DNA of 64,000 bases from Phoronis australis. Its lineage: Eukaryota; Animalia; Phoronida. Position 1 is the first letter of the stretch. The number at the start of each line of letters is the position of its first letter. The translations under genes and the position numbers were made by a program. The notes beneath the pieces are model-generated. The model worked only from the letters and a program-made list of their open reading frames with translations. It was not told where the DNA came from and searched no databases. Shown piece after piece: positions 14,301 through 27,417 of the stretch. Location of the stretch: the NCBI GenBank assembly GCA_002633005.1, contig NMRA01000439.1:124001-188000 (forward strand), written 5' to 3'.

Positions 14301-17300
14301 CATGACGAACGTAGATGTCAGAAATCAGTAAGAAATAGGATACAGCCTAGAGTGACACTTGGCGAAATTAACTGAAAAGACGATGACGGAGATGATGACG
14401 AGTATGATGATGATGGTGTCGATGATGAACAACATCATAACATTCATACGACGAACTTAGGTGTCATAAATCAGTAAGAAATATGCTACAGTCTTGTTCA
14501 ATAGAAGATAAACCAAGATCAATGCAGCAAGAGCGCTCAACAAAGGAACAGCGCTATCACAAAATCTTGAATAATTTAAAAAGTAGACGTCCTAGTGAAA
14601 AATAAAAAATATCTTATTAAAGCCCGTTTAAAACTCTATCTAAGACGTTAGTTGTGCAAAATTCCTTAATTTTTTTTGAAAAAAACTGAAAATTTACATT
14701 TTTTTGGAAATTCAAAGTCAAATAACTCAAAAATGGTAAGTCTGAGAAAATCATTGTTGCAGTTCATTTGAAAGACTATACCTCAGAGAGCCTACATGCA
14801 AAAATTCACATCATTTTCTCTTCCCGTTTAAAATGGCACCCCAGCACGACTGAAAAGGGGTCAACATACGCCAGATCCGCCATCTTCAAAGCAACTTCTG
14901 GTTTTTTAGCTCTGAATAATAGCATGTCATGAGAAACTAATACCTGAAAAAATTCGAAGGAATTGGTCCAATAATGCGCCCTCTATCAGAGAAAACGTTT
15001 TTTCCTTGGAATCGCATGCGCCATTTCCAATATTTCCGCCATCTTTGACCGGAAGTTCGCGATTTTTTACATATAGATAGCATTTGTCTAGTTCTATGTT
15101 TTGACCGATATTCAGTTGTGTGCTTTAATAATTGCGGCTTCTATGAGCATTTGAATCTGAAATTGGAAACAAAATGGCCGCCACATCCGCCATTTTGGAA
15201 CTGATCATGACCAAAAACAATAGGCTTCCAGCACTTCTGGAGATACAAGTTGTTTGCAAATTTTGTGGAAACCGGTCAAAAAATGCGACCTGTAGAGTGC
15301 GATAAGGAAAAAACTTGACGTCAGAGCAACATACTTGGCGAAATTTATTTCGCCAAGTAAAAAGCAATTAACGCACCAACAAATACCATGATCGAGAAAC
15401 TCCAGTGGTGCTAAAACGAGGCTAGAAAACTGCTTGACTGATGTTGTAGCATTGTGGGTAAATACCACGAGATTAGAGTGTCGCTGTGTAATCCGGGATT
15501 GTCCTATTTGAAACGTGGATTATGTTTCACTTCATTAGTCTAATCTTTAGTTTATTGTTTTCAGGCGTCCATCCACAGTATGTTGGTGTCCGTTCCTGCC
15601 ACACCAGCGCCTCACTGTGGCCAGTCATGTATATATTCTGCAGCATCCAGCCGAGGTATAGTCAAACCACGTTACAATGTGCCTGGATTAGTTTGTATTA
15701 CTTGCTCACTTGTAACACTCCATTCCACAAGTTGCGGGTTAACTTTAGTGTTACAAGTTGATTTGGTTACATCTAGCTGCGATAAACATTTCAATAAAGT
15801 CCATGGAAGCTCGGGCTTGACCAATGTAAAACTTCAAAGTGGTTATGGGGGCTGGCCTGTGTTTCATCACGAAAACTAATTTTTGAATGAGACCACTTTC
15901 CATTATGAAATTGGTCTCGAATTGTTTTATAATCAATTTAGAAATGATTTCAGGGCATCGCTGTTTATTGCTTGAGACCAGTCTGCTCAGTTTGGCTTGT
16001 TGTAATGGGTCATCTTATGTGTTGGGCATGGACTTGAGTACATAACACATTGTGAGTTCTTGCAGACCCAGAAATCACTTCTCACCCGAAAAATGAACAA
16101 GATGAGACGCGTTTCATAACAGTAAGAGGCGTAAGTCAAAGGCTGGCTTCTTTGGCTGACTTTATGTGAGTTTTATTCCCGCTTTAGGCTTTGGCAATAA
16201 CTGTGTTAATGTGGGAGAAGTGACTTTATGTAATCTACAAGCCTAGTAACAGATCCTTAATTGATAGAATGATAGTTTTGCTATGTGTTACCTGAATATT
16301 TTGTTTAACAAGTGGTAACTAACTGGTGCTTGGATGTCTGGAAGACAGTTAGGGCCAGCCAGTGAATTATACATGAGCCGTCCCTCAGCTGTCATCTGGA
16401 CTTCCACATGTCTCCAGTTAGGCTAACTGTACAGCACCATATACCTTGGGTACTGTACAGGTGGTGAGGCATATTTATTGTATCAAGCTGTACTACGAAT
16501 AGGCAGTAACTACGGTAATATTGGATCATGTGCCCACAGGCTTTGAATAACCTACATTTCTAGTATGCATGTATGTATTTACATGTGGTACTCCCAGTTC
16601 TGTGCAGACGTTTTTGTTATTTCCTTTATTGTACTTATGACTGAACAAGTGATTAGTCTGTGTTTTGTCAAAATGTCATTGATTTCAATGTGTTTGGGCA
16701 GACGTGTCATAAATTATGCAAATTCATGCTTCCCTTCATCATCACTTATTTACTTAGATTTTAAATCACATGCTATGCTAATTAGGTCATCCTTCCATAT
16801 AATTATTGACTATCACTGAGGTCAATATGTTGGTTTTCAGACCCCAAATACATGTGATAATGACCAAGGCTCCACCTCGGTCATTATTGCATATTTGTGG
16901 TCTGAAAACCATCATACTGACCAAGTGTGAAAGCCAATATTTTTTTGTGTAAAATTTTATCCACGAAATAGTTCGTGGAAGGGGACTTTGTTTGGGCTCT
17001 AATTGATCTTACGTCGGATAACTGGTACGTACAGTGATAGTATGATACCATTCTTCATCCAAACATTGTGTAATTTGGGAAAAATATCGTGTTTTGGGTT
17101 CATGCAATGGTCGTTTTTAATGCAAAACAATCACCAAATGCTATTTGGTTTTAACAATGGGATCGCAAGCTGTATTTCTGCATGCTCACCGTTCACGCGC
17201 TAAAGCCCGGCGGGCAAATGATGCATATTGAAAGTCATCGAACATTCCAACCTCTGCAACACACTTTTTGTACATTAGCATGACAGTGGGAACTATGCAA

Positions 17301-20300
17301 TGCCTTGATGGAGGTTTGCATTCACTTCGCAGTTTAAATTTTTCTCTTATTTAAAAATAAAAGTGACGTCAGAGTCCAAATAACCGAAAGGCTAAAAGGC
17401 TTACAAGTTTGGTGGCGCTGTGGTAAAGTAGTGACTTACGAACAAGAAGATCCCGCGTTTGAATTACGATGACGTCTGCAGTAGTTCACAAAAGTTTTGT
17501 AACGATACAAATCGCGATGCTAGAGCAGTGATCAAGATTAAGGAATCAGAGGTCAATAGTGAGCATTGTTGACTCCAAAATCTTAATTTATAACTTAATG
17601 TCGATCTGTCCAAATCATGTTATAAACCCAGTCAGCACCTGTTTCCATGCTATCGAAGCATTCATTGAACTCCATTCTCTGTGTCGTGTTGAGTAATTAA
17701 CAAAGAGTTTCACCCCAACAAAACATGAACCACAACAATTCATTTTAACATGGTACTACATTCGACTTAACTAAAACTGTTAAACATAATAATAATTTTG
17801 CCTCGCCACTTCTCAGGGTTTTTTTAACGTGCATCATATCTCTGCGTAAGTTTCCTTGTGTAAGTGCCTCGACCTTACCTGTTTCTTCATCCTTTGCATA
17901 CTTTTAATTTGTAGGAAGCTCGCTGTTTAAAAACTGCCCCCATTCTAGAGCACAGTATAGAGAGGGGAAAATGTCACATCTATCGTGGAAAGAAGTTTGG
18001 CGGACCAAAGTAAGTTGTGCCGAGAAACGAATGTTACTGAAATGTCATCACTTGAAAGTTGTCTAGTTGTGTTGGTTATTGTGGAGTTATGGTGTAGGGA
18101 ATCAGTGGCCGGTTGCATGAAACGGTCCCAAAAAGGGACTCGACTAAGTTCCCTAAATCTCTTGTGTGTTTGTTTTGTTCTTCACTCTCAGATGTAATAT
18201 TCTTTCTGTCATTTTTTTCTTTATTATGATCTCTTCTTTAACTAAATGACAGTTTCTAATATTATAACTAAAAACTAAGCCCTTAATGCAATCAAATTAA
18301 TTAGGGACTTAGTTCTTAAAGTAGGGGCATTGTATGAAAAGGTCCCAACAAATTTTTGATGTAAAAGTTTAATTTTGATAGTTTGCAGTGTCTGAAATAG
18401 GCAGAAGGAATGTTGCCACGAACAGGCAATGGTTATAGCTGACATCTTTGTTTCCTGCTCTCCAAACAAAAGAATTCAGTCATGAAAGTCCAGGTGCTGT
18501 AGTCCGTGGCTGTTGTAATTCCAGCTTATAAGAAGCATTTACAGTTGCTGGTTGGGAAGTGATATGTAGTGTGTGATGCACCCACTAGAATTTATGTCCC
18601 TTATAACATGTTCTTGCCCTCAATTTTAGGCACTCCACCCTTCATCAGGTGCTTGAGGCCCGTAACACCTTGCTCCTTTTCCCTGGACCCAAAGCCGTTG
18701 ACATCACCACCGTGGTGGACGACCACAACTGGTTCAACATCGTCCTATTGGATGGCACCTGGCGACAGGCGCGCTCCATGTTCGTCCACAACTCAGTCCT
18801 GCACTCGGTTAAACAGGTGCAGTTTAAGTCAACACCCGTGAGCGAGTACACGATACGCACTCAGCCAACTGACGCCTGCCTGTCTACGCTGGAGACTGCG
18901 GCGGTGGCGCTAGCATCAGTTGAGAAGAGGCCTGAAATACACGAGGTATTCACAAGCTGAATGAGTTTCTGAAAAAAGAGTAAAAGCGGTATAATAAGTC
19001 CAACCTCTGCATAAGAAAATTAATTTGATTTTATAGACTCACCAGTGTTATAACACTGGTTTCAACTTCGTCCTTGCTCAGATTAGAAGGGATTTCTGGT
19101 AGGACTGGTAATACACTATGGCATTAAATGAGGTTGATTTGTTTGGCTGTACCCGCCAGGTCATATCATTTGCTGAGGTTCCCCACTAGTGATATCGAAA
19201 CTATACAAACCAGGTTGAAGACCAGAAATCACAGAACAACTTGAGACCTATGATAAGTGGTCTAAAGCAAATGTAATTTCCTGACAGAACATTGGCTCAT
19301 AACACATTTACAACCATTAGTGAGCAAGATAGAAGACATGGTCATTTATCATTTCAGTTGAATTTTTCATATTAATCTTGAAACACTGAATGACTTTAGG
19401 TCTCAACATTTATCATGGCATTTTTGTTATCAACAAGAACATGGAAGCCATCAGCAACACTCAAGAAAACACTTCAGAGTTTATTGAGGTTAGAATTCGG
19501 AATTTGAAAATAGCGTGTGTGCACATTACTTGTGACATTAGTTGGTAATGAAATGGATCCTATCATGGTAGGAATATTATGAAACCAATGTTATGAGAAT
19601 AAAGGGTCCAATTCGATTTTTATTTTTTAGCCTGCTAACGAGGGCGAAATGTAGCTTTTATCTAATGAGTATTCAACAGACCAGAAAACAGGGGCCCTTG
19701 CTGTGTTGCAAATGCCTTTATTCTACACTGTGTACTTAATTTTGCAGTTGTCACAAGTCCTCGATTTGTTTTATTATTTTGTATGGGGTTTTAAGTACAT
19801 TATGCAAGGGTCAGGAGAAGTAGGGTAGCTGCCCCTCCTTGATTAAATGAAAATGGTGACAATTTGTTGAGAAACAGCATCATTTTTGGTGTATTTGAGA
19901 AGGCAGCTACAAATATTTTCATAAAGTTCAGAAAGCATTCGGCCGAACATGGGAAAGCAGTGGCGGATTCTACCAGATACCATTTGGGAGTTGGCGCTTG
20001 TCGGGGGTGAATAAACAACACATAGGCCCTGAACAAACTGAACAAACCCGGTTTACCGTTTTTTGTTTTTTTTTTTAGTCAACAGGTCCGCAACCCCAAA
20101 CATTTGAGGCCTCTGCGTCCCCACATTTTAGGCTGGGCGCGCGCATCTGTCGAAATTCTGGTTATTCCCGTGCCCTGCCCCNAAGCGTTAGTGTGTGAAG
20201 GGAATGGTGTCTTTAACTAACATCACTGTTACTTTTAGATTCTTGTCAGGCCACTGAGAGCACTGTGTCAGTTTCAAATGGAGAATGGCGCCGTTGCCCA

Positions 20301-20463
20301 TCACAGTAGGCAGTCCAAGAAAGACATGCGATTGTTCACACGACAGCTGCCCCCTGTTGGCAATAGACTGCCGAGGTCGGCGCGGGGTGGAGGTCAAAGG
20401 AACACTGTTGGCGAGGAAACGGAAAGAAAATCTGAACTGTCTGAGCAAACAAAAACGCCGTAA
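2261..20463 (+). CDS. DTWD2: tRNA-uridine aminocarboxypropyltransferase 2 (DTW domain protein 2); join(2261..2361,15565..15655,17915..18009,18630..18945,20239..20463), 275 aa
   Basis: Five exons with GT-AG sites and compatible phases, total 828 nt. Motifs [35 protein letters not shown] (DTW), YTIRTQP-CLSTLE and [10 protein letters not shown] match DTWD2. Confidence 0.95.
4416..4486. mobile_element. Tiny MITE (CATGGGCGG...CCACCCATG) flanked by CAATA on both sides
   Basis: Inverted ends and 5-bp direct flanks; the same GGGGCTAAAGCCCCCTCAGCC...GGTGCACCGCCTATG core recurs twice at ~25940-26060. Confidence 0.6.
9170..9720. mobile_element. Long-TIR (foldback-type) MITE; partial homologue at ~20700-20915
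   Basis: GTTCCATAAAACAGAAACAAAA (~9234) inverts TTTTGTTTTCGTTTTATGGAAC (~9628); internal block ATTTTACTAA...GTGACCCA...CAGATTGGT..AA..TAAAAATCA is shared with ~20835-20912. Confidence 0.5.
11450..11880. mobile_element. Older diverged copy of the MITE at 26104-26524
   Basis: Shared blocks TCTACTTTTG..CAAGATAA..GTCTA, GAACTCGAG, TCAAG.GC.AACTTG and GAGTTCG..TACAAAGATTA in the same order. Confidence 0.5.
14195..14490. repeat. Two ~160-bp tandem copies containing a (GAT/GAC)n microsatellite
   Basis: ACTTGGCGAAATT..GAAAAGACGA..GATGATGA..ACATTCA..AATCAGTAAGAAATA repeated at ~14195 and ~14357. Confidence 0.75.
14526..15362. mobile_element. Putative Helentron-associated non-autonomous element (HINE/DINE-1-like)
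   Basis: Subterminal AGCGCT..AGCGCT at the left; internal CCGCCATCTT/AAATGGCCGCC motifs; terminal hairpin TACTTGGCGAAAT-TT-ATTTCGCCAAGTA (15332-15359) followed by an A run. Confidence 0.4.
15565..15655 (+). CDS. DTWD2: DTWD2 exon 2
   Basis: (K)[30 protein letters not shown]; TTCAG acceptor, GTATAG donor. Confidence 0.95.
16804..16940. repeat. Long imperfect palindrome (hairpin-type MITE)
   Basis: GGTCAATATGTTGGTTTTCAGACCCCAAATA...ATAATGACCAAGG pairs with CCTCGGTCATTAT...TATTTGTGGTCTGAAAACCATCATACTGACC. Confidence 0.7.
17915..18009 (+). CDS. DTWD2: DTWD2 exon 3
   Basis: [31 protein letters not shown]; TTGTAG acceptor, GTAAGT donor. Confidence 0.92.
18630..18945 (+). CDS. DTWD2: DTWD2 exon 4 (contains the DGTW catalytic motif at 18751-18762)
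   Basis: [10 protein letters not shown]...[15 protein letters not shown]...[22 protein letters not shown]. Confidence 0.96.
20239..20463 (+). CDS. DTWD2: DTWD2 exon 5 (last coding exon)
   Basis: [18 protein letters not shown]...TKTP*; TTTTAG acceptor. Confidence 0.92.
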   Translation: MLVRPLRALCQFQMENGAVAHHSRQSKKDMRLFTRQLPPVGNRLPRSARGGGQRNTVGEETERKSELSEQTKTP

Positions 20464-21645
20464 CCTTAGCTCACAGATGGCTGTGATGACCGTATTTCAT
20501 TTTAATAATTTATTGCAAAGAGGCTATATACCGGTGATCTTTCAAAAAAGCAGACGACTTACTATTATCAAATTTGCTTCAACTTATTTTTTACTCAGAA
20601 TGTTATTCCTCAACACTACGCTTTGGGCATAAGATGACCAATTTGTGGGGCCACTTTTTTATGCAGGGCTATCAAAAATAGGACTTTCTTACTTTTTATC
20701 AAAAAGGTCCATAAAATGGAAACCAAATGATGTCTTTAGAAAACTGTATTAGAGTTTTTTTGAGATTTCTTCTTGGATATTTGCCAAAAGAAATTTGGTC
20801 AAGTTATTGATACTGTTGTTTTGCTATTAATGTACATTTTTAGCTAAATTTTACTAAGAAGACACAGTCATGTGACCCAGTTAACCACAGATTGGTGTAA
20901 AGTTAAAAATCAGAGTACATGATTTCTACTTTCAGAAATTATGTACTTCTTGTAGAGATAAACTTCTATACTTTTGTAGGCATTTGGCTAAATGTGCAGA
21001 CTCGTTAATAAGGGCTTACGCTGCCTTAAGACTTGTTTGCTTTGTAAGCTCAAAGGTATGGTGAGAGTTGGGTTTGCTATATTTTTTGCTGTCTTTGAAA
21101 GTCTAAACATTTAGCTGGAGTATAATTTATAAAATTTTTGTTAGTATGTCGAGTTAGGAGTCCTAGTTCTACACAATTCTGATGTAAACAGGACGGAGTT
21201 AGCTGTTAACTTATATGGCTTATTGTGATTCATTATTGTGTGAAGTTGAGCAAGTTTCTGAATCTGCTTTTAAAATTCATTAGACGCATTTTTTCCATAC
21301 AGGAATTATTGTGATGGTAAGCTTTAATTGTATTCAGATGTGGAATTTTTTCAAAAGGCCGATTGGGCATCTGATGAGAGGGCAGGTCAACCTCTTGAAA
21401 CAGTTCACAAAGGCATCGTGTCAACTGTCTTTCAAGTTGTTACTATAGCATTAGTATGCAAAGTACTAATGAGCTGTCCAATCACGTGTGATCGCCATTG
21501 GTGGGCAGAGCCTAAGTGCAAGTTACATTATTGGAATGTAGCCTTCTCACAATAAGACAGATCTGCCAGACTAGACATGCGTTCACATGTGATTTTTGAG
21601 ATGGTAGATTATACATCCCTTCTGCCTTCTGATCACTATACTAAT

Positions 21646-22194
21646 TACCGTATTCTGCCATGTAAACACCAATTGCTCATTTTGACACCCACCCCCAACT
21701 TTTGAGTGAAATGCATTAACCCCCATGGGTGCTCGTTTTATTGCCAACACCCGACTTTCAAAAAAAAGTGTTTCTTAAACATCCACAAGATTCTGTAATT
21801 TATGAGTCATTCAGAGGCAAAATTTGCTAAATGTTCTCGAATCTTAGTATTTCAAGATTTATTATCAAACATTTATGGAAGGTAAGTATTTGAGTGATAA
21901 AAGAACCTAGAGGGTGAATCTAGCAAAAAGGCTCCAAAAAGCAAAACCTATAAGCTCTGGCAAATCTTGGTATAAGTTAACATTTGTGCTAACGTGTATA
22001 CATGTCGATGCTTGATTTTATGCCCTTCTCTATGGCAGAATGTGGTAGGTGTTTACATGGCAGAATACAGTTGGTGTTTACGTGACAGAATACAGTTGGT
22101 GTTTACATGGCTGAATATGGTTGTCGTTTACATGGCAGAATATGGTAGTTGTTTATGTGGCAGAATGCAGTAGGCGTTTACATGGTAGAATATG
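21646..22194. mobile_element. Tc1/mariner-type MITE whose right TIR is amplified into a 25-bp minisatellite (~6.5 units, 22032-22194)
   Basis: Left end TACCGTATTCTGCCATGTAAACACC (21646-21670) is the near reverse complement of the repeat unit GGTGTTTACATGGCAGAATACAGTT. Confidence 0.7.
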
Positions 22195-25100
22195 ACATTT
22201 TAAACTCATTTGGTGCATTTAAACAAGTGTCATATGTTGGATGACACATTTTGGGGGACTAGTCAAGTTTCGCTTTTATACCTTAATCATGCAACACTGT
22301 GTAATACTATTGTTTGTTGAATCACTGCAAAATCCTGTGATGTGATTTTACTAATTTATTTTACGTATAATATATTACGACTATAAAGTGTACCATTTAT
22401 GATATTCGTATGAAAATAAATGTTATCTACATTCTTGTTGTCGTTAGCTCATGACTATAAGTATGTCTATGCACATAGGCTTATTAATAATAATAATAGC
22501 AATAATGATACTTCTACCAATAATAACATTGTGTTATTGCCTATTTTGTGCTGTCTCTACATGCCATGCAGTATGTTCTTGCATATACAATGTAAGGACT
22601 CAGACACACCAAGTCAGTTCTCAGTAGGCTCTCAATAGTGAGAAAATGACAAGAACTAACTTACGTCTTGTACAGTTTGAGTGGGCGGTGTCATTTCTTG
22701 GCAAATTCTGGTCTTCTTTGGTTTTAAGGAAAATGCATTGTGCATTGTGCATTCTGTAATAGGCACACCACTTTTTCAGTTAAAGTCGTGTTGAATCCTA
22801 TTTTCACAATGGCTTGTGCGGAATGTTTTGGGTTTTCTTTCAACTCTAGTTTGAAGTCACCGTTTTGCGAGGCTCTCAAAAAATCGTGGAGTTGTGAATT
22901 GGGGGGGCAAGTTGGTTATAGGCTACTGTGGTCGGAATGGGGCTCATGGGCATTATTTTTTGGCTTAGAAAACGTTTCTTTGTTATTTTGTCTTTGGTGT
23001 TGGGTTTGTCGTGGATGAACCACGAGGTCGCTGCAAAGAAACGTGTGGATTTGACCAACCGCTGGTGAAGCGCTCAATATAATGTTTAGAAAAAATGACA
23101 CGCAAGACCAGGACTGGTTCCGTACATGCAACAAACTTCCGAAGGAAATTGGTATTGTCATGGTAATATCTCGCGAAGTCTCTGTGATTTTGCGTTTTCG
23201 CGAGGTTCTCACGTGTAAGAAACGTACGCCAGTATCTCATACCTTCGATATAGTGCATTCCAAGGAAAATTCGTCAAAAAGAGTCGTCACTAAACCTGGT
23301 ATCGGGAACCGCAAACTATTCAAAACGAGTTACTTTCTGAAAATAAGTTGTTATGTCTGACTGCGTTCGTCACAGCAATTGAAGAGACTGAGTCAACCAA
23401 CTAGGAAAAAGTTCCAAAACTGCCATTTGATTTCATAAAACATACGAAGCGTCGCTGTCGACGTGTTCTTGGGGCATCGCCAGTGTCGTTTAGTTATCAA
23501 CCAACTATAATTCTAAACGAAAGTGCTTTTTGGTTTAAAACACTTATCTGTTCCTGAATTGTTGCCGAATGAACCGGCAGCTCAGGTCACAGACAAAACA
23601 TACATTCGCTATTTTCGACTTCATGCCGTGGGTTGGTCAACTCCAAAAAAGCGTCTTCTTAAAAATGCATTCCATCCTGATGAGCTGACTGTTAAAAAAC
23701 GAAAAGCTTCGGCTGGTCTGGTATGATAATATCATTGCAACCGTAGGACTCTATTTCCGTTACAAATATGAACATCGAAACAATCAGCGAGTCAAGAAAC
23801 CGTTGAAGTTTATTGGGGTTGCCAGTGGCGTATTTGGGGGGCCGAAGAGTCCCTCTGAAATTTCCACGTCAGCATGTTGGAGTTTAAGACAATTCCAGCA
23901 AACATAATTTCCGTGATGACTCTTGGCGTCTTCAGGCATCTTAATGCACAAAACCGTATTCAAAATTCTTGATTATCACAGAAACTATGGGCCACAAAAG
24001 TTGCGGTCACATGACCGTTTTTTAGACAAAATGGTGATTTTTACGGAGATCACACATTTTTTTCTCAGGAGACGATTAGTTTTTCTTTGTTATCAGTAAT
24101 CTGCAGAATCATGGCGTCTGCATGCACGCACGGGGGTCGCCAGTGTCGGTTAGTGCTTACGCCTATTTCGAGTAACATGCAGGCGGGGGCGATACCGGGT
24201 CCGGGTCCTCTCTGTCTCTCTGCCACTGAGGACTCGATACATGTGGAATTACTTTTTGCAGCCATCTGTTGTGTCATACATCCTACGAGCGACGCTTCTC
24301 CTTTTTGCACAACATTTGGACAATTATATAATCAGCATCTTAGAAGAGCACTATACTAGCAATCTAGAGACCTTTCTTGGTTCTATTCTATTTCTAATTC
24401 ATTCGACTATTTCACTATTGGCCAACCAAAGCGTATATATGCTACTTTTTTTCCCATAGTATCACAAGAATAGCATTTCGTCACTAGGAGTTGCTTGTAA
24501 GGAATTCGCACATGTTGAACAGACTGCCGGGGCTGCGATTTGTGATGACTGTGTAGATGTACTCTCAATCATAAACAGGTTTCGGCGTTTTTTGGAGGTC
24601 AAGTTTAACTCGTAAACCGTTATAGGTATCTCTGAAATGAGCAAAACTACACCTCAATACTAATGGCCACCCGTCACAAGTCTTGCAAGCATGCCTGCTA
24701 AATTTCTTACAATATTGAGAAACAAATTCGTTGGTTTCTGATTTACGTGTTTACGATGTTTAGACAGATTCACAAATCATTTTGACCAATTAAAAACTAA
24801 TCTTGTAAGAGATGGTGATGTTTCAGTGAATTCAGTTGCAGCCTGGTTGGAAAAACTCTATAATCCGATCCCCCAAATAATGAAGTACAGTCAGACGATT
24901 TTTGCCTTTATCTAAAATAACTCTCAAATACATTGATGAAATTCAAACATTTCCCAAAAATATACTCAACATTCAAATGAGAAAAAAGTGCATTGATTTT
25001 TAAATTAGATACAAGTTTTGTCTTTTTTATAAACAGGAGATCAAAAAGGAATTAAAGCATTAAATAAAGGTATACTTATCGCTCATGGAATCGATTGCTC

Positions 25101-25780
25101 ATTTCTGATTTTACATGTTTATGTATCTCGAAAATTTACTGATTGATAGATGAATTTTTGTTTCCAGTGGTATTGCGCAATTAATTTTTGTTCTTCAAGA
25201 TTGAATCGATGGGTTCTCGTTCCTTTGCGTACTACATAGACGGAGCGCGCCAATAAAAATAAAGTACTGCCAGCACAGAATCTAAGTGATCCTCAGGAAC
25301 TGAATTTGAATTCCAAGTGTTGAAGTGAGAGCATTTTTGGACACACTCTGTATCATTTTCCCCAGCCACCAGAAATTGGACCAACGGCCGTGTTTCAACA
25401 AGGGATTTTGAAGCAGCGCCTCAGGACTTACCTTTTCAAAAAATTCTTCAAAGAATGACCATAATAACACAAACTTTTCCCAAAACTTGATCATAATAAA
25501 ATCAATCTCGGACCTTAGAGACAACGCAGACTTATAGGTACGAGCTAAGCTGCCTTTCTCAAGTGAATCATAGCTGAGCTTTAGTTCACTGAATTTGATA
25601 TTTTCACAGTTAGGTCTGTGCTACAGTTACTTGAGGCATCTCCCAGCAACCCGTCACGTGCGCTCGCCTGCCAGTGAAGCCCATTCTTACTCTAAGTAAA
25701 ACTTTGTTGGTTCACAGGTTACTCAAACCCTGATGGGTGCATTGCCGGAGGTGGCGATAGGAAGTGTGGGGGGGGGGGGG

Positions 25781-25935
25781 NNNNNNNNNNNNNNNNNNNN
25801 NNNNNNNNNNNNNNNNNNNNNNNNNNNNNNNNNNNNNNNNNNNNNNNNNNNNNNNNNNNNNNNNNNNNNNNNNNNNNNNNNNNNNNNNNNNNNNNNNNNN
25901 NNNNNNNNNNNNNNNNNNNNNNNNNNNNNNNNNNN
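25781..25935. other. Assembly gap (155 N) within a poly-G tract of a MITE
   Basis: N run flanked by G homopolymers. Confidence 0.99.
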
Positions 25936-26103
25936 GGGGGGGGGGGCTAAAGCCCCCTCAGCCACCCTTTGGTGCACCGCCTATGACCATGTGCACCGTT
26001 GCACTGAAAAAAGTGGGGCTAACCCACCCACCCCCAGCCCCCTATGGTGCACCGCCTATGCGGGGGTGCGAATGCCGACGCCCGGCCGGCCGGGACAAAC
26101 TAA

Positions 26104-26524
26104 CCAGGGCCCGGTCTCTAGTTTTTACTCGAAATGGAACTCGAAATTAGGTTTGGCATTTTCTAGTCTACTTTTGGGCGAACTCAAGATAAGTGTCTAT
26201 TATTCTATGCTCGAGTACACAATAACTTACGTAGACAATTTATTGCCCTTAGTTCGTAGTTTGTAAACCCAATATTAAAGCAATAAGTTCAAGTTTGAAC
26301 TCGAAATTTCGAGTTTTTACTCAGTTTTGTAGCACGAATATAAGGGTCTTCAAGGGCAAACTTGAACTAGAAACTCCTATGCATAAACTATAATGTATTC
26401 GAGCACAGTCTGATAACCAATGATCTTACTAAGTTCACACAAAAGGAGCAGAGGAATTGCCAAAAATAGTTTCGAGTTCGTCAGGTTTCGAGTAGGCCTA
26501 CAAAGATTAGAGACCGGGCCCTGG
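26104..26524. mobile_element. MITE with perfect 17-bp TIRs (Harbinger- or piggyBac-like ends)
   Basis: CCAGGGCCCGGTCTCTA (26104-26120) / TAGAGACCGGGCCCTGG (26508-26524), with CTAA on both flanks. Confidence 0.85.
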
Positions 26525-27347
26525 CTAATACTCTGCCCTCAGTGCTCCCCCATCAAAATCCTGGATCCCCCCTCATAAGTATATATCTCATCCAAAACTA
26601 GTCAACAATAAGTGAAGTAAAGAAAATCACCTGAAAAAAGGGGTGTAATTGAACTATCAAACCTATTACACAGCCGGGACGTAGCTCCGCAGTCAACACC
26701 AGTAGAGTGAGTTTCCGTAGGACCACTGAAAGTCAGATAAATCAGCATCAGCAAGTTATTTAGTCTTAAATATCATGACTGCACTCTAGTTAATGTCAGT
26801 ACGAAGCACCATGATTCCTCTAGTTATCAATTTAATTTCTGTATACTCGGCAGTAGGCCTGGTGCCTCTCAGTACTGTGCACTATGGCGCCACCATCGAC
26901 GACCAACAAACTCATTCCTGTATGTGGAGTTCTCTATCAAAATGGGTTTTTTGACAGTAGAGAACAAAACCACCATCAAACCATTGAAAATGGAAGCGAC
27001 TATTTTCTTCACGAGTCCAATGTACGAAAAACCTGAGCATACTATAGGCCATCAAAATTTATGGGGGGACGGCCGGGGGACATAGGATGGAGATTCCGTA
27101 CTAAATCCGGAAAAGACCGGTGATTACCGGAGACGAAGGTTGCAATTATAATATGACTGCGCATAAAAACATAACACAAAGAAGAATTTCTAAAAAATTT
27201 TAAAAGTTAGCTGATAATCAAATAAAAATCATTCACAACTTATCAAATAACTACTTAAAACTCAATCACTAACAAAAAGTTACCTTAGTCTAAGATAAAC
27301 AAATGTGAAGACAAATATCATTTCGCCAGTGATGTGCCTCACGCTCG

Positions 27348-27371
27348 TCCTTTCTACACCGGCCATATTGG
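27348..27371 (+). promoter_or_regulatory. RPL4 TCT initiator / 5'TOP and downstream YY1-like site
   Basis: TCC+1TTTCT (27348-27355) fits YYC+1TTTYY; GCCATATTGG at 27362; ATG|GTCAGT follows 65 nt later. Confidence 0.75.
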
Positions 27372-27414
27372 AACGCTTACACGTGTGTTTCAAGGGCCCC
27401 ATTAAATTATTAAA

Positions 27415-27417
27415 ATG
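27415..27417 (+). CDS. RPL4: RPL4 exon 1, coding part (ATG only)
   Basis: AAAATG|GTCAGT downstream of the TOP motif; an ATG-only first exon as in vertebrate RPL4. Confidence 0.75.

Noticed and set aside
2362-15564. Nested gene in the 13-kb DTWD2 intron 1 (ORFs 5050-5406, 7176-7493, 7965-8276)
   Set aside because: No recognisable protein motifs or consistent splice structure; mostly repeat debris.
22032-22194. CRISPR-like array
   Set aside because: Head-to-tail units without unique spacers, in a eukaryotic context.
23523-23726. THAP-like tail (KKRLLKNA.P)
   Set aside because: No upstream C2CH residues were recovered; too weak to call.
25723-26266. Long ORFs across the N gap
   Set aside because: Artefacts of the gap and poly-G MITE sequence.
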